Of a stretch of DNA of 64,000 nucleotides, positions 11,182-20,431 are shown piece by piece; position 1 is the stretch's first letter, and every line of letters begins with the position of its first letter. Location: assembly GCA_038321985.1 (NCBI GenBank), contig JBBQFN010000007.1:96001-160000 (forward strand), read 5' to 3'. The position numbers and the translations under genes were made by a program. The notes under the pieces were generated by a model. The model saw nothing but the letters and a program-made list of their open reading frames with translations, was not told the DNA's origin and made no database searches. This stretch comes from Cyanophyceae cyanobacterium (GTDB taxonomy: Bacteria; Cyanobacteriota; Cyanobacteriia; Cyanobacteriales; Laspinemataceae).

Positions 11182-12264
11182 TTAACCGTTGATAGAAGGA
11201 GCAGTCAAAGCAACGGGAGTAGCTTCGCCAGCAGCCAAGTCGAGGGGGAAGTTGTGAGCATTGCGCTCGTGCATGACTTCCATACCCAAGTTAGCGCGGT
11301 TGATCACATCAGCCCAGGTATTGACAACACGACCCGTGGAGTCAATGATGGACTGGTTGAAGTTAAAACCGTTCAAGTTAAAGGCCATCGTGGAAACACC
11401 CAAAGCGGTGAACCAGATACCCACAACCGGCCAAGCAGCTAAGAAGAAGTGCAAAGAGCGGCTGTTGTTAAAAGAAGCATATTGGAAAATCAAGCGACCG
11501 AAGTAACCGTGAGCGGCAACAATGTTGTAGGTTTCTTCTTCTTGACCGAACTTATAACCGTAGTTCTGAGATTCGGTTTCGCTGGTTTCACGAACTAAGC
11601 TGGAGGTCACCAAACTTCCGTGCATGGCACTGAACAAGGAACCACCGAACACACCGGCCACACCCAACATATGGAAGGGATGCATCAGGATGTTGTGCTC
11701 AGCTTGGAACACTAACATGAAGTTAAAGGTTCCAGAGATACCCAAAGGCATACCATCAGAGAAAGAGCCTTGGCCGATCGGGTAGATCAAGAAGACTGCG
11801 GAAGCGGCTGCAACAGGTGCAGAGTAAGCAACGCAGATCCAAGGACGCATCCCTAAGCGGTAGGAGAGTTCCCACTCACGACCCATGTAGCAGAAGATGC
11901 CGATGAGGAAGTGGAAAATCACGAGCTGGTAAGGGCCACCATTGTAGAGCCACTCATCCAAGCTAGCTGCTTCCCAGATAGGGTAGAAGTGCAAGCCAAT
12001 TGCGTTAGAGGAAGGAACAACCGCACCAGAGATGATGTTGTTTCCGTAAAGCAAAGAACCGGCAACAGGTTCGCGGATCCCATCGATATCAACGGGAGGT
12101 GCCGCGATGAAGGCGATGATGTAGCAAACGGTAGCGCTTAAGAGAGTCGGAATCATCAACACGCCGAACCAGCCGATATAAAGGCGGTTTTCGGTGGAGG
12201 CGACCCACTCGCAGAAGCGGTCCCACAGATTGGCGCTTTCGCGCTGCTGTAAAGTGGTGGTCAT
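11182..12264 (-). CDS. psbA: Photosystem II D1 protein, standard oxygen-evolving form with Glu130 (high-light D1:2 type)
   Basis: 360-aa D1 sequence; Y161, D170, E189, H190 and [13 protein letters not shown]n-cluster ligands are intact; residue 130 is E. Confidence 0.99.
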   Translation of the reverse strand: MTTTLQQRESANLWDRFCEWVASTENRLYIGWFGVLMIPTLLSATVCYIIAFIAAPPVDIDGIREPVAGSLLYGNNIISGAVVPSSNAIGLHFYPIWEAASLDEWLYNGGPYQLVIFHFLIGIFCYMGREWELSYRLGMRPWICVAYSAPVAAASAVFLIYPIGQGSFSDGMPLGISGTFNFMLVFQAEHNILMHPFHMLGVAGVFGGSLFSAMHGSLVTSSLVRETSETESQNYGYKFGQEEETYNIVAAHGYFGRLIFQYASFNNSRSLHFFLAAWPVVGIWFTALGVSTMAFNLNGFNFNQSIIDSTGRVVNTWADVINRANLGMEVMHERNAHNFPLDLAAGEATPVALTAPSING

Positions 12265-12310
12265 AGTTTTATGATTGCTATTTGGTTGTCGAGGTAGTTA
12301 TGATGTTTTT

Positions 12311-12339
12311 AGATTAATGCTTTTGTAACGGTTTGTAAA
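12311..12339 (-). promoter_or_regulatory. psbA promoter (-35 TTTACA, 17 bp, -10 TAATCT) overlapped by an HLR1/RpaB site
   Basis: Minus strand reads TTTACAAA-CC-GTTACAAA (12339-12322), an exact match to the HLR1 consensus (G/T)TTACA(T/A)(T/A)-N2 repeat; -10 at 12316-12311. Confidence 0.85.
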
Positions 12340-12508
12340 GGGTTTTCACCTACAGCAGTTCTGATGAGAGAAATAAGCGGGGCTTATCAAGAGGAGAGTA
12401 GAGACCGTCATGAGGTTGTACCTTCCCTATGTATAGGTTGGCTTGGCGAGGGAACCGCCAGTCCCCAAAATTTGGGATAATGGATCAAAGCTAAGGGAAA
12501 ATTTTTTT

Positions 12509-13294
12509 ATGAGCGAAACAGTAACCGACATCAACCGGCCAGCGCCATTCCCTGACCATACGCAACTACCAGAAGAAGACGGCACGTTTGTGAAAAATTT
12601 TCAGGAGCATCCCCAGAGTATTTTATTGACTGATTCTCTGGGGCCAGTTTTAGCGGCGAGGCATCCCGACGGACAGTATTGTATTGGACAAGATAGCGGG
12701 ATTTACTGGAGAGAAACGGACCCCCCGGAAAAAGGAGCCGAGGCCCCGGATTGGTTTTATGTGCCAAATGTCCCCCCAAGCCTGGAGGGAGGGGTACGTC
12801 GTTCTTATGTGCTGTGGCGAGAATTGATGGCCCCCTTGATTGCCTTAGAGTTTGCCAGTGGGAATGGGGAGGAAGAACGGGATAGAACGCCTTTAGGAGT
12901 TTCTGCTCAAGGAGGAACGGTTAAACCGGGTAAGTTTTGGGTATATGAACAGATTATTCGCATTCCTTACTATGGGATTTATGAAATAAAGTCGGGTCAG
13001 TTAGAGGTTTATCATTTGATGGATTTTTCTTATCAACGGATAGAACCGAATGAACGAGGTCATTATTCGATTGTGCCGATGGGAGTGGAGTTGGGATTAT
13101 GGCAGGGGACATATCAAAATCAAGAACAATTGTGGATTCGATGGTGGGATTTGCAAGGAAATTTGTTATTGATTGGTTCGGAACGTGCTGAACAGGAAAA
13201 GCAGCGAGCTGATGCGGCAGAACGCAAAGCGGCCCGGTTAGCAAAACGCTTACGGGCAATGGGTTTCAACCCAGATGAAGAGGAGGAAATTTAA
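12509..13294 (+). CDS. Uma2 (DUF820) family putative endonuclease
   Basis: PDHTQLP..DG.FVKNFQEHPQS, APDWFYVP, LEFAS, KFWVYE and C-terminal ERAEQEKQRA tail; ATG 12509 preferred over upstream TTG 12443. Confidence 0.88.
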   Translation: MSETVTDINRPAPFPDHTQLPEEDGTFVKNFQEHPQSILLTDSLGPVLAARHPDGQYCIGQDSGIYWRETDPPEKGAEAPDWFYVPNVPPSLEGGVRRSYVLWRELMAPLIALEFASGNGEEERDRTPLGVSAQGGTVKPGKFWVYEQIIRIPYYGIYEIKSGQLEVYHLMDFSYQRIEPNERGHYSIVPMGVELGLWQGTYQNQEQLWIRWWDLQGNLLLIGSERAEQEKQRADAAERKAARLAKRLRAMGFNPDEEEEI

Positions 13295-13417
13295 TCTAAA
13301 TTACCAGATAGAATCTTACCCAAAAGCTCGATTCACGATCGCTTAGTGAGCGATCGCATTTGGATGGTCAGCGGTTGAATGGATACAAGGGATAGCGATC
13401 GCTGGTTCATGGGTTGA

Positions 13418-13705
13418 TTAACAAGGTTCTTCAAAGGCTCCAACGGGTTGGACTAATAAAGTAATACAGTGAATGCCGACAATCCGAACGGGTTCACCGG
13501 GTCCGATGACGATTTCGCGATCGCAACTGGCAGGCCAATAACTACCTCTAAAATGAACTCTCCCGGCTATATAGGGCCCTCGAATCATCTCATCGACGAT
13601 GCCGATTTCTCCGGGTTTGCCGAGGGTATATTTTAGATTGGGGTCTTGATATTCTTTGAGTCTGGATGGATGGGGAGCAAATAGGCTGTCTAAGAAACGA
13701 AACAT
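13418..13705 (-). CDS. NfeD-like C-terminal OB-fold protein
   Basis: G.V...I....GRV.F.GSYW.A.......I.PGE.V.IVG...ITLLV pattern. Confidence 0.8.
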   Translation of the reverse strand: MFRFLDSLFAPHPSRLKEYQDPNLKYTLGKPGEIGIVDEMIRGPYIAGRVHFRGSYWPASCDREIVIGPGEPVRIVGIHCITLLVQPVGAFEEPC

Positions 13706-13915
13706 GGCATCTCAGGTGAACGCTACAATCCCACCCTAAAATGCCTACTCGTTTCAAGGGGATGCTCAGGTGTCACTCTTTGATCTGGTTACTTAATAAG
13801 CCTGATCAGGGTATTTTTAGAGCGATCACTGGGGGTTTAGGCCCCGTCTTTGTAGACAGTTTACAATTTGGTCCGGCATTTGCCGAACTGCTGGATTGAA
13901 GAGAAGGCGATCGCA

Positions 13916-14125
13916 CTATTGCTCCTTAACACAGCCTTTAAGATTACGCACCGATGCACTAGACTCTTGGACAATGACCGGACAATCCTCTTTAGCCTGC
14001 CAAAACCGATCAATCGCGTAATGAATCGCAATCACCCAAAATAAAATGAAAAATGCCACCAAACCCAACTGCTCAGGGGTGATAAATCGTCGCAGGGGTT
14101 CTGATGGTGGCTTTTTTTCGTTCAT
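13916..14125 (-). CDS. Small single-pass membrane protein, hypothetical
   Basis: ATG start and hydrophobic stretch LGLVAFFILFWVIAI. Confidence 0.5.
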   Translation of the reverse strand: MNEKKPPSEPLRRFITPEQLGLVAFFILFWVIAIHYAIDRFWQAKEDCPVIVQESSASVRNLKGCVKEQ

Positions 14126-14468
14126 AATACTTTCGACTTCCCGTCATCGGCGATCGCCGTGCATAAGTTGGGCTCAAAGCAAGGGAATCAAACACTTTAT
14201 TTAAAAAAATTCCCTCTGCTTCAATATTTTATTCTAATTTTTCAAGTTTGGGATGCCAAAATTGTCACGTTGACAAAGTAAAGTCCAAAAACTTTTTTCT
14301 GGTTAAATACGCCAGTATCTACGGGGTGGCTTCAGGGTTCAGATCCTATAAATCTTGGGGGTTAAGTGTACAAGGGAGGGGCCTAAAAACAAATGAATTT
14401 GATTAGGAAGAACAGGGTATAAAATAACCTGAAACATTCCCCGTTGACAAGCCTTCATCACAGGACCG

Positions 14469-14687
14469 TCACTGTGCCTGGTTGTGTAGGGATGGCGTTT
14501 TTAAGGGCGAGACTAATCCCGGCTTAGAAACGTTGCCCTGTGCGATTTTCGGCAGGCGCTTACTTTGACCTGTGAGTTGACTAAAAATCTGGGACCAATT
14601 TAAAGTCAACAGCCTAGGTAATAATACACAAATTGTGGCATTAAATAGAGTCAATAGGAGGAATTCAAACCCGTTTGATAGCACCAT
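14469..14687 (-). CDS. Small hydrophobic hypothetical protein
   Basis: Strong RBS AAGGAG a few bp upstream of ATG; N-terminal hydrophobic helix FLLLTLFNATICVLLP. Confidence 0.6.
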   Translation of the reverse strand: MVLSNGFEFLLLTLFNATICVLLPRLLTLNWSQIFSQLTGQSKRLPKIAQGNVSKPGLVSPLKTPSLHNQAQ

Positions 14688-15168
14688 AAGTTCTCCTTGT
14701 TCAGCCTGATTAAATAGTGGATTTAATTATAGGCCAAGGATCGGGTAACCGGAGCAAATTTTCGCACTTTTAATAATTTAAATTCCTTCTACTTGCTATA
14801 AACTATTCTCAAGATAAGATTGATTACAAGCAGGGCCTTACGGATAATTAATTTTCTATACAGAGCAAGCATTTCAGGGTTTTTGCTCTTTTTTTGCGGT
14901 CTTGAGTTATAATCTAAATTGGAACTTCCGTGCCTTATTTGGAAAAATTTGAAGGAGAGTATAGGTGGAAAAGGATAGTCTGTCTAATTTTTGGACAAGT
15001 CTCTAAAATTAAGTATAAACCCAAATAGAGTTTCTCGCCTCTTCCCTGGTTTTATCGGGGCTAAAAATATTAAAAATTAATCAAAAATTAGGTTTCCCTG
15101 AAGGATTGCATGGCGAAGCAGCCTAGAGGCTGCCTCGCTTAATTCTTACTATTATAGATACAGGGTGA

Positions 15169-15498
15169 TTAACGTCCTGCTGCAACGGCTGAAACTTTGT
15201 TCAATATTTCAAGAGAACGGCGACAGGCTTCTGCACATTTTTGGCAGTGTTCGTTATTATGCTTTTCACATTCTGTAGCACAAGCTGCGCAGATATCGAT
15301 GCAGGCGCTGGAGACTTGGGCAGTAAAGCGAGAACCTCGGCTCATAAAACTTGCGATCGTCCAGCATATTTGAGAGCAATCTCGGCACAGGCGAACACAG
15401 TCGGGCATACTGCCAATACATTCATCGGCACAATGTTCGCACTCTCTAGCACAATTGAGGATCGCGTCTACGCCGGCTTGATTAATTTGATGAGGCAT
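15169..15498 (-). CDS. Cys-rich four-helix-bundle copper storage protein (Csp3/DUF326-like), cytosolic
   Basis: 15 Cys in repeated CxxxCxxCxxxC motifs, HNNEHC loop, no Tat or Sec signal, strong RBS AAGGAGG, downstream hairpin at about 15113-15138. Confidence 0.88.
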   Translation of the reverse strand: MPHQINQAGVDAILNCARECEHCADECIGSMPDCVRLCRDCSQICWTIASFMSRGSRFTAQVSSACIDICAACATECEKHNNEHCQKCAEACRRSLEILNKVSAVAAGR

Positions 15499-15614
15499 AA
15501 AAATTTTCCTCCTTTCTTTCTCTTAAGTTTCTAAGAGTCAGCTTATCGGGGCCGAGTTGAAAAATCCTCTGTCTACAGTACGAATAACACAGTGTTTCGT
15601 AAGGTATAGGCACA

Positions 15615-15631
15615 TTTCATTTGCATTTCAT
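15615..15631 (+). promoter_or_regulatory. TTTCAT-N5-TTTCAT direct repeat (CopR/NrsR-type OmpR-family operator)
   Basis: TTTCAT ttgca TTTCAT between the divergent csp and regulator genes; the same motif recurs at 18012. Confidence 0.75.
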
Positions 15632-15883
15632 TTTTGGGTGAGATGATTGAAAAGGATCTTTTTAAAATAACCTAATCTTAAACAAGGAGGGGATTTCGAG
15701 CAGAAGTCGAAGTTAATAAATTAGGTATTAAAGGATACTTTGTTTGATTAAAGTTAAGTTTTAGGAGAGGTAAGAGCGACCTATTTATTATTGTAATGAG
15801 GGAAAACGAAGTAAAATAAGGATATCCTTGTAAGTCAATGCTTTTTATTATCATAGATTAAGCCTAGATAACGGTTGGCAAAT

Positions 15884-16594
15884 ATGAAGGTACTGTTAGT
15901 GGAAGATGAGCCAGATTTAGGGGCGGCGATTAAACGAACCCTAGAGCGGGAAGCCTACGTGGTAGACTGGGCAAAGGATGGAAGGGAGGCGTATGAGTAT
16001 CTTGAAAGTTATAGCTTTAAGCCGGTAGAAACGCCCTATACCCTGGCGATATTCGATTGGTTGTTACCGATATTATCAGGAATAGAATTATGTAAACGCT
16101 TGCGCGATCGCGGCAGTGCTTTACCTGTGCTGATGCTTACGGCAAAAGATAGTATAGAAGATAAAGTGATGGGGTTAGATGCTGGGGCTGATGATTATTT
16201 AGTAAAACCATTTGGGATGGCTGAACTATTGGCACGGTTGCGCGCATTACAACGGCGCTCGCCTCAATTGCAACCTCAACAGATTCAGGTAGGAAATCTT
16301 ACTCTAGATTACGGCACTCGCACCCTGTATTGTCATCATAAAATGGGGGAACTGGTGGCTATTTCTATGACCAATAAAGAGTTTCAATTGTTAGAATATT
16401 TAATGCGTCATCCCCAACAAATTATTACCCGCGATCGCATTCTGGATCGGCTCTGGGAATTGGGTTCAGAACCGGGTAGCAATGTGGTAGCAGCACAGAT
16501 GCGGTTGCTGCGCCGCAAACTCGCAGAAAATGGCTGTGATCGTCTAATAGAAACCGTCTACGGATTGGGATATCGCTTTAAAGCAGAAGGATAA
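15884..16594 (+). CDS. rppA: OmpR-family response regulator, RppA/CopR/NrsR type
   Basis: MKVLLVEDE...IFDWLLP...DDYLVKPF; winged helix with SNVVAAQMRLLRRKL and IETVYGLGYRF, characteristic of the cyanobacterial metal-responsive subfamily. Confidence 0.85.
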   Translation: MKVLLVEDEPDLGAAIKRTLEREAYVVDWAKDGREAYEYLESYSFKPVETPYTLAIFDWLLPILSGIELCKRLRDRGSALPVLMLTAKDSIEDKVMGLDAGADDYLVKPFGMAELLARLRALQRRSPQLQPQQIQVGNLTLDYGTRTLYCHHKMGELVAISMTNKEFQLLEYLMRHPQQIITRDRILDRLWELGSEPGSNVVAAQMRLLRRKLAENGCDRLIETVYGLGYRFKAEG

Positions 16595-16618
16595 ACCGCG
16601 TGGGGAGTAAAAAATACA

Positions 16619-17965
16619 GTGAATCAAAATCAACTCTTTCGACAAACTCAGTTCCATCTGGCTTGTTGGTATGCTGGGGTGATGGGGGTGATTCTGGGGT
16701 TGTGTGGGTGGGGAATGTATGAGGCGATCGCCCATGCTCACTGGATGACCCTCGATCGCGAATTACAATCGGTTGCTGGAACCCTGCACGATAGTCTAGA
16801 ACCCGTACTTCAAGAACCCGGGGAGTTAGAACCGGAAGTTGCTAGATTATTGCCGGATTTATGTACTGAAAGTGATCGCTGTTGGAAGAAAGGATTCAAT
16901 CCAGAACGACACGCGATCGGCGCACTTCGTCAAGGGAATTATTACGTCCAATTGCTAGATTTTGTAGGAAATTTTATCGCCCTCGCTGGAGTAATTCCGG
17001 ATAAATTACCCACAACAAAGGGTCCGGAAAGGTGGGAAACTTTCACCGATAGTCAAGGAACTCGATTTTATCAGATCTCGGTGATTTTACATACTGAAGA
17101 TGGCCGAAATTGGGGCCAGTTACAAGTGGGTAGAAGTCTTAAGGAATTCGATGATTATTTAGGGGCTGTTAAAGTGGTTATTTTGATGGGATTGCCCGTC
17201 GCATTGTTGGGGGTGGGTACTGCCAGTTGGGGATTGGCTGGAGTTGCTATGCAGCCAATTTATCAGTCCTATCGACAAATTCAACAATTTACCGCCGATG
17301 CCGCCCATGAATTGCGAACTCCGTTAGCAGCAATTCGAGCTACAGTAGAATCAACTTTAAGAATTTACCCCCCTATCCACGAGGACGTGCTTGAAACGTT
17401 AAAAACCGTTGATCGTCAAAATTTACGGCTTTCTCAACTCGTGGATGATCTATTGTTATTATCACGAATGGACCGACAGGCACTACCCTTAAAACATTTA
17501 CCTTGCTGCCTCAACGATGTAATTAGCGATGTTGAAGAAGAAATCGCTGCCCTAGCAGTCGCCGCCGCTGTCACTCTCACGAGTGAGATTCGAGTCAAGC
17601 AAGCCTTGTGGGTGAAAGGAAATGAAGAACAACTCTATCGAATGATGTTTAATTTAGTCAGTAACGGGATTCAATATACTCCAGTGGGAGGTAAAGTTAC
17701 TTTGATTTTAGACGTGAGCGATCGCCATGCCATCATTCAAGTGAATGACACAGGAATTGGGATTCGTTCTCACGATTTAAACCAAATTTTTGACCGATTT
17801 TATCGGATAAATACCGATCGTTCTCGTCACACCGGGGGTTCGGGTTTGGGGTTAGCTATTGCGAGAGCGATCGCGAAAGCCCATCAAGGCAGTATCCAGG
17901 TTCAAAGCGAATGGGGTCAGGGGAGTTTGTTTACTATCCGACTACCTATATTAGAACCAGGATAG
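16619..17965 (+). CDS. rppB: Sensor histidine kinase, RppB/CopS/NrsS type
   Basis: Two TM helices around a periplasmic domain (HAHW, LHD, CTESDRC, RH); H-box ADAAHELRTP; GGSGLGL. Confidence 0.85.
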   Translation: MNQNQLFRQTQFHLACWYAGVMGVILGLCGWGMYEAIAHAHWMTLDRELQSVAGTLHDSLEPVLQEPGELEPEVARLLPDLCTESDRCWKKGFNPERHAIGALRQGNYYVQLLDFVGNFIALAGVIPDKLPTTKGPERWETFTDSQGTRFYQISVILHTEDGRNWGQLQVGRSLKEFDDYLGAVKVVILMGLPVALLGVGTASWGLAGVAMQPIYQSYRQIQQFTADAAHELRTPLAAIRATVESTLRIYPPIHEDVLETLKTVDRQNLRLSQLVDDLLLLSRMDRQALPLKHLPCCLNDVISDVEEEIAALAVAAAVTLTSEIRVKQALWVKGNEEQLYRMMFNLVSNGIQYTPVGGKVTLILDVSDRHAIIQVNDTGIGIRSHDLNQIFDRFYRINTDRSRHTGGSGLGLAIARAIAKAHQGSIQVQSEWGQGSLFTIRLPILEPG

Positions 17966-18011
17966 GAGCCAATTAGATTAATTAGCAAACAGTTTACAGA
18001 GGAAACTTGAA

Positions 18012-18044
18012 TTTCATCCTTATTTCATTTTCTTCGGTCAAACT
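18012..18044 (+). promoter_or_regulatory. TTTCAT-N5-TTTCAT operator in the -35 position, plus a possible -10 (CAAACT), for the RND operon
   Basis: TTTCAT cctta TTTCAT at 18012-18028 and CAAACT at 18039-18044, upstream of ATG 18088. Confidence 0.75.
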
Positions 18045-18087
18045 AGAGGGTGAGGTTTGATTCACCCTTACGAGATCCCAATTAATC

Positions 18088-20226
18088 ATGCGATCGCCCA
18101 ATTACTCTAACCTAATCTCTACCTCTTTTGCCGCTATCCTACTGGTTACCACCCCGGCGGTAGTATTAGCTCATCCTGGACATGGAAATGAGTTTGAAGG
18201 AGGAGCAAATGCCAGTCACGCACCTGGGGGAATTGAAGTGGATGCTCAAACTCTTGAACGGATGGGAATTTTAATCGAACCTGTGCAAGAAGAAGTGCTG
18301 GAAGTGGGAATTAAAGCTACCGGACAAATTGAAACCTTACCCAATGAAACTGTAGAAGTAACGGCACCGATCGCCGGGAAAGTGATTCAATTATTAGTAC
18401 AACCGGGGGATACAGTTCAAGCCGGGGATGCAGTGGCAATTTTATCGAGTCCCGAATTAGCAGCCTTGCGGGTAGATGCGCTGCAAAAACAAGCGGAAGC
18501 AGAATCTAAGGTTAAGCAAGCTGAGGCAAATTGGCAATTGGCACAACAAAATTATCAACGTCAAGTGGCGATTGCCGACGCCGAAATTGCCCAAGCCCAA
18601 CAGCAACTGGTGACTGCTCAATCTCGGTATGAACGCGATCGCAATTTGGTCAATGAAAGAGGGGTATTAACGGCAGCAGAAGAAGGGTATCGCCGTCAGG
18701 TGGAATTAGCGGAATCAGAAATTGGAGCAGCACAACAACAAGTGGCGATCGCCCAATCTCGCTATGAAAGAGATCGGAAGCTAGTAGATGAGGGAGGGGT
18801 GCTTTCAGTTGCCCGCGAAAACTATCAGCGCCAAATAGAACTTGCGGAAGCAGAAATTGCCCAAGCTGAAACCGAATTAGCCATTGCCCAGGAACGGTTT
18901 GAACGGGATCAACAATTAGTCGCAGAAGGCGCAATTCCGCGTCGTCAGATGCTTGATTCCGAGGGACAGTTTGCCGCCGCAAAATCGGAACTCAAACGCA
19001 CCCAAAGTCGTTTTGGGCAGCTACAAGCCGAATCCGAAGTCAAACGGGCTGAAGTGGATTTACCCTTACGAGACTTGCGGGAATCGGAAGAATTATTAGG
19101 GCGATCGCAAACAGAATTAGCGCGCGCTCAAAGCCGCTTAGGGCAACTCGAAGCTCAAGCTCAAGTTAAACAAGCCGAAGCTGATTTACCTTTACGAGAC
19201 TTGCGCGAATCCGAAGATTTATTAGCCCAAGCTCAAGGGCAACTAATTCGGGCGAAAAGTCGCCAAGGGATAATTGCCGCCGAAGCCGAACTCAAACGAG
19301 CTGATGCTGAACTACAAGAGGCAAAATCTCAACTCAATCTGAGCGATCGCACTTATCAAATTCGCCTCAATCAGTTAGATATTGTTCCTGATGAAAAGGG
19401 AACGGTTACGGTAACTTCTCCGATTGCTGGAGTAGTGTCTCATCGAGAAATTACCCCGGGTCAATCGGTAGAGGCAGCGGGAATTTCTTTAATGAAAATT
19501 CAAAATCAGTCGCGGGTGGGGGCAACTGCGAACCTTTATGAAAAAGACTTACAAAAAGTAAAAATCGGCCAACCCGTCAATGTCAAAGTGGCTAGTTTCC
19601 CAAATCGCATTTTTACAGGGAGAATTGATTATATTGCCTCGGATGTTCAAGGCGAAACGCGTGTGATTCCCGTGAGAGCAGCGGTGGATAATACAGGGGG
19701 TGAATTAAAGCCCGGAATGTTTGCCGAGTTAGAAATTGCTACAGAGAAAACCAGTGAAATGGTGACTACTATTCCAGAAAGTGCGCTTGTAGAGGTTAAT
19801 AACTTGCCGGTAGTTTATGTTCAAAATGGGCAACAGTTCCAGCCGGTTGAGGTGAAACTGGGACAGCAATTTCGAGAGCGAATTGAGGTAAAAGGGGGAT
19901 TATTTGCAGGCGATCGCGTTGTCACCCAAGGGGCGATGCAACTTTACGCCCAATCCCTCCGAGGTGGCAGTCATAGCAGCCCTGATCACCCAGCAGAAAC
20001 ACAGACAAATCAGAGGAATGCCGCAGGGTTAATGGAGTGGGGATGGCTACCTCTTGCAGGGGCGATCGCAGCCGGTGCATTTTGGTTGGGACGGCGAACT
20101 AAAGCGGTGAAAAACCCAACTGTACCGGATCCAACTTTTACCCCAGAAGGGTCGGAGTTCCCCGAGTCTGCGATCGGTGACGCTTGCGAACTGCCGGTTC
20201 TACTCAAAAATAATCGTCATATTTAG
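18088..20226 (+). CDS. Heavy-metal RND periplasmic adaptor (MFP; CopB/CzcB/NrsB-like) with greatly extended alpha-hairpin
   Basis: Signal peptide then HPGH; lipoyl halves (VTAPIAGKV...GDTVQAGD, VTSPIAGVV); LKPGMFA; GL..GDRVV.QGA; internal 45-aa and 42-aa repeats. Confidence 0.9.
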   Translation: MRSPNYSNLISTSFAAILLVTTPAVVLAHPGHGNEFEGGANASHAPGGIEVDAQTLERMGILIEPVQEEVLEVGIKATGQIETLPNETVEVTAPIAGKVIQLLVQPGDTVQAGDAVAILSSPELAALRVDALQKQAEAESKVKQAEANWQLAQQNYQRQVAIADAEIAQAQQQLVTAQSRYERDRNLVNERGVLTAAEEGYRRQVELAESEIGAAQQQVAIAQSRYERDRKLVDEGGVLSVARENYQRQIELAEAEIAQAETELAIAQERFERDQQLVAEGAIPRRQMLDSEGQFAAAKSELKRTQSRFGQLQAESEVKRAEVDLPLRDLRESEELLGRSQTELARAQSRLGQLEAQAQVKQAEADLPLRDLRESEDLLAQAQGQLIRAKSRQGIIAAEAELKRADAELQEAKSQLNLSDRTYQIRLNQLDIVPDEKGTVTVTSPIAGVVSHREITPGQSVEAAGISLMKIQNQSRVGATANLYEKDLQKVKIGQPVNVKVASFPNRIFTGRIDYIASDVQGETRVIPVRAAVDNTGGELKPGMFAELEIATEKTSEMVTTIPESALVEVNNLPVVYVQNGQQFQPVEVKLGQQFRERIEVKGGLFAGDRVVTQGAMQLYAQSLRGGSHSSPDHPAETQTNQRNAAGLMEWGWLPLAGAIAAGAFWLGRRTKAVKNPTVPDPTFTPEGSEFPESAIGDACELPVLLKNNRHI

Positions 20227-20431
20227 CCGAAATAATAGTACATTAAAATAAAGTAAAAAAGATAGAATTAATTTTAAACCTAAAATATTGATTCCATTAA
20301 CCGGAATATAATTGACAACAAATATGATTTCTATTTAAAAAATTTACTAATATAGAATCATTGTTTTTAGTTTCCTGCTTTTGATACAATTTTACGTCGT
20401 CAAAAAATATAAAACTACCCCCTAATAATCA

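Noticed and set aside
12509..13294. Uma2 gene as a defence or mobile system
   Set aside because: Stand-alone Uma2 paralogs are very common in cyanobacteria; no partner genes or flanking repeats here.
13851..13865. NtcA box-like TGTAGACAGTTTACA
   Set aside because: Spacing is GTA-N7-TAC rather than the required N8.
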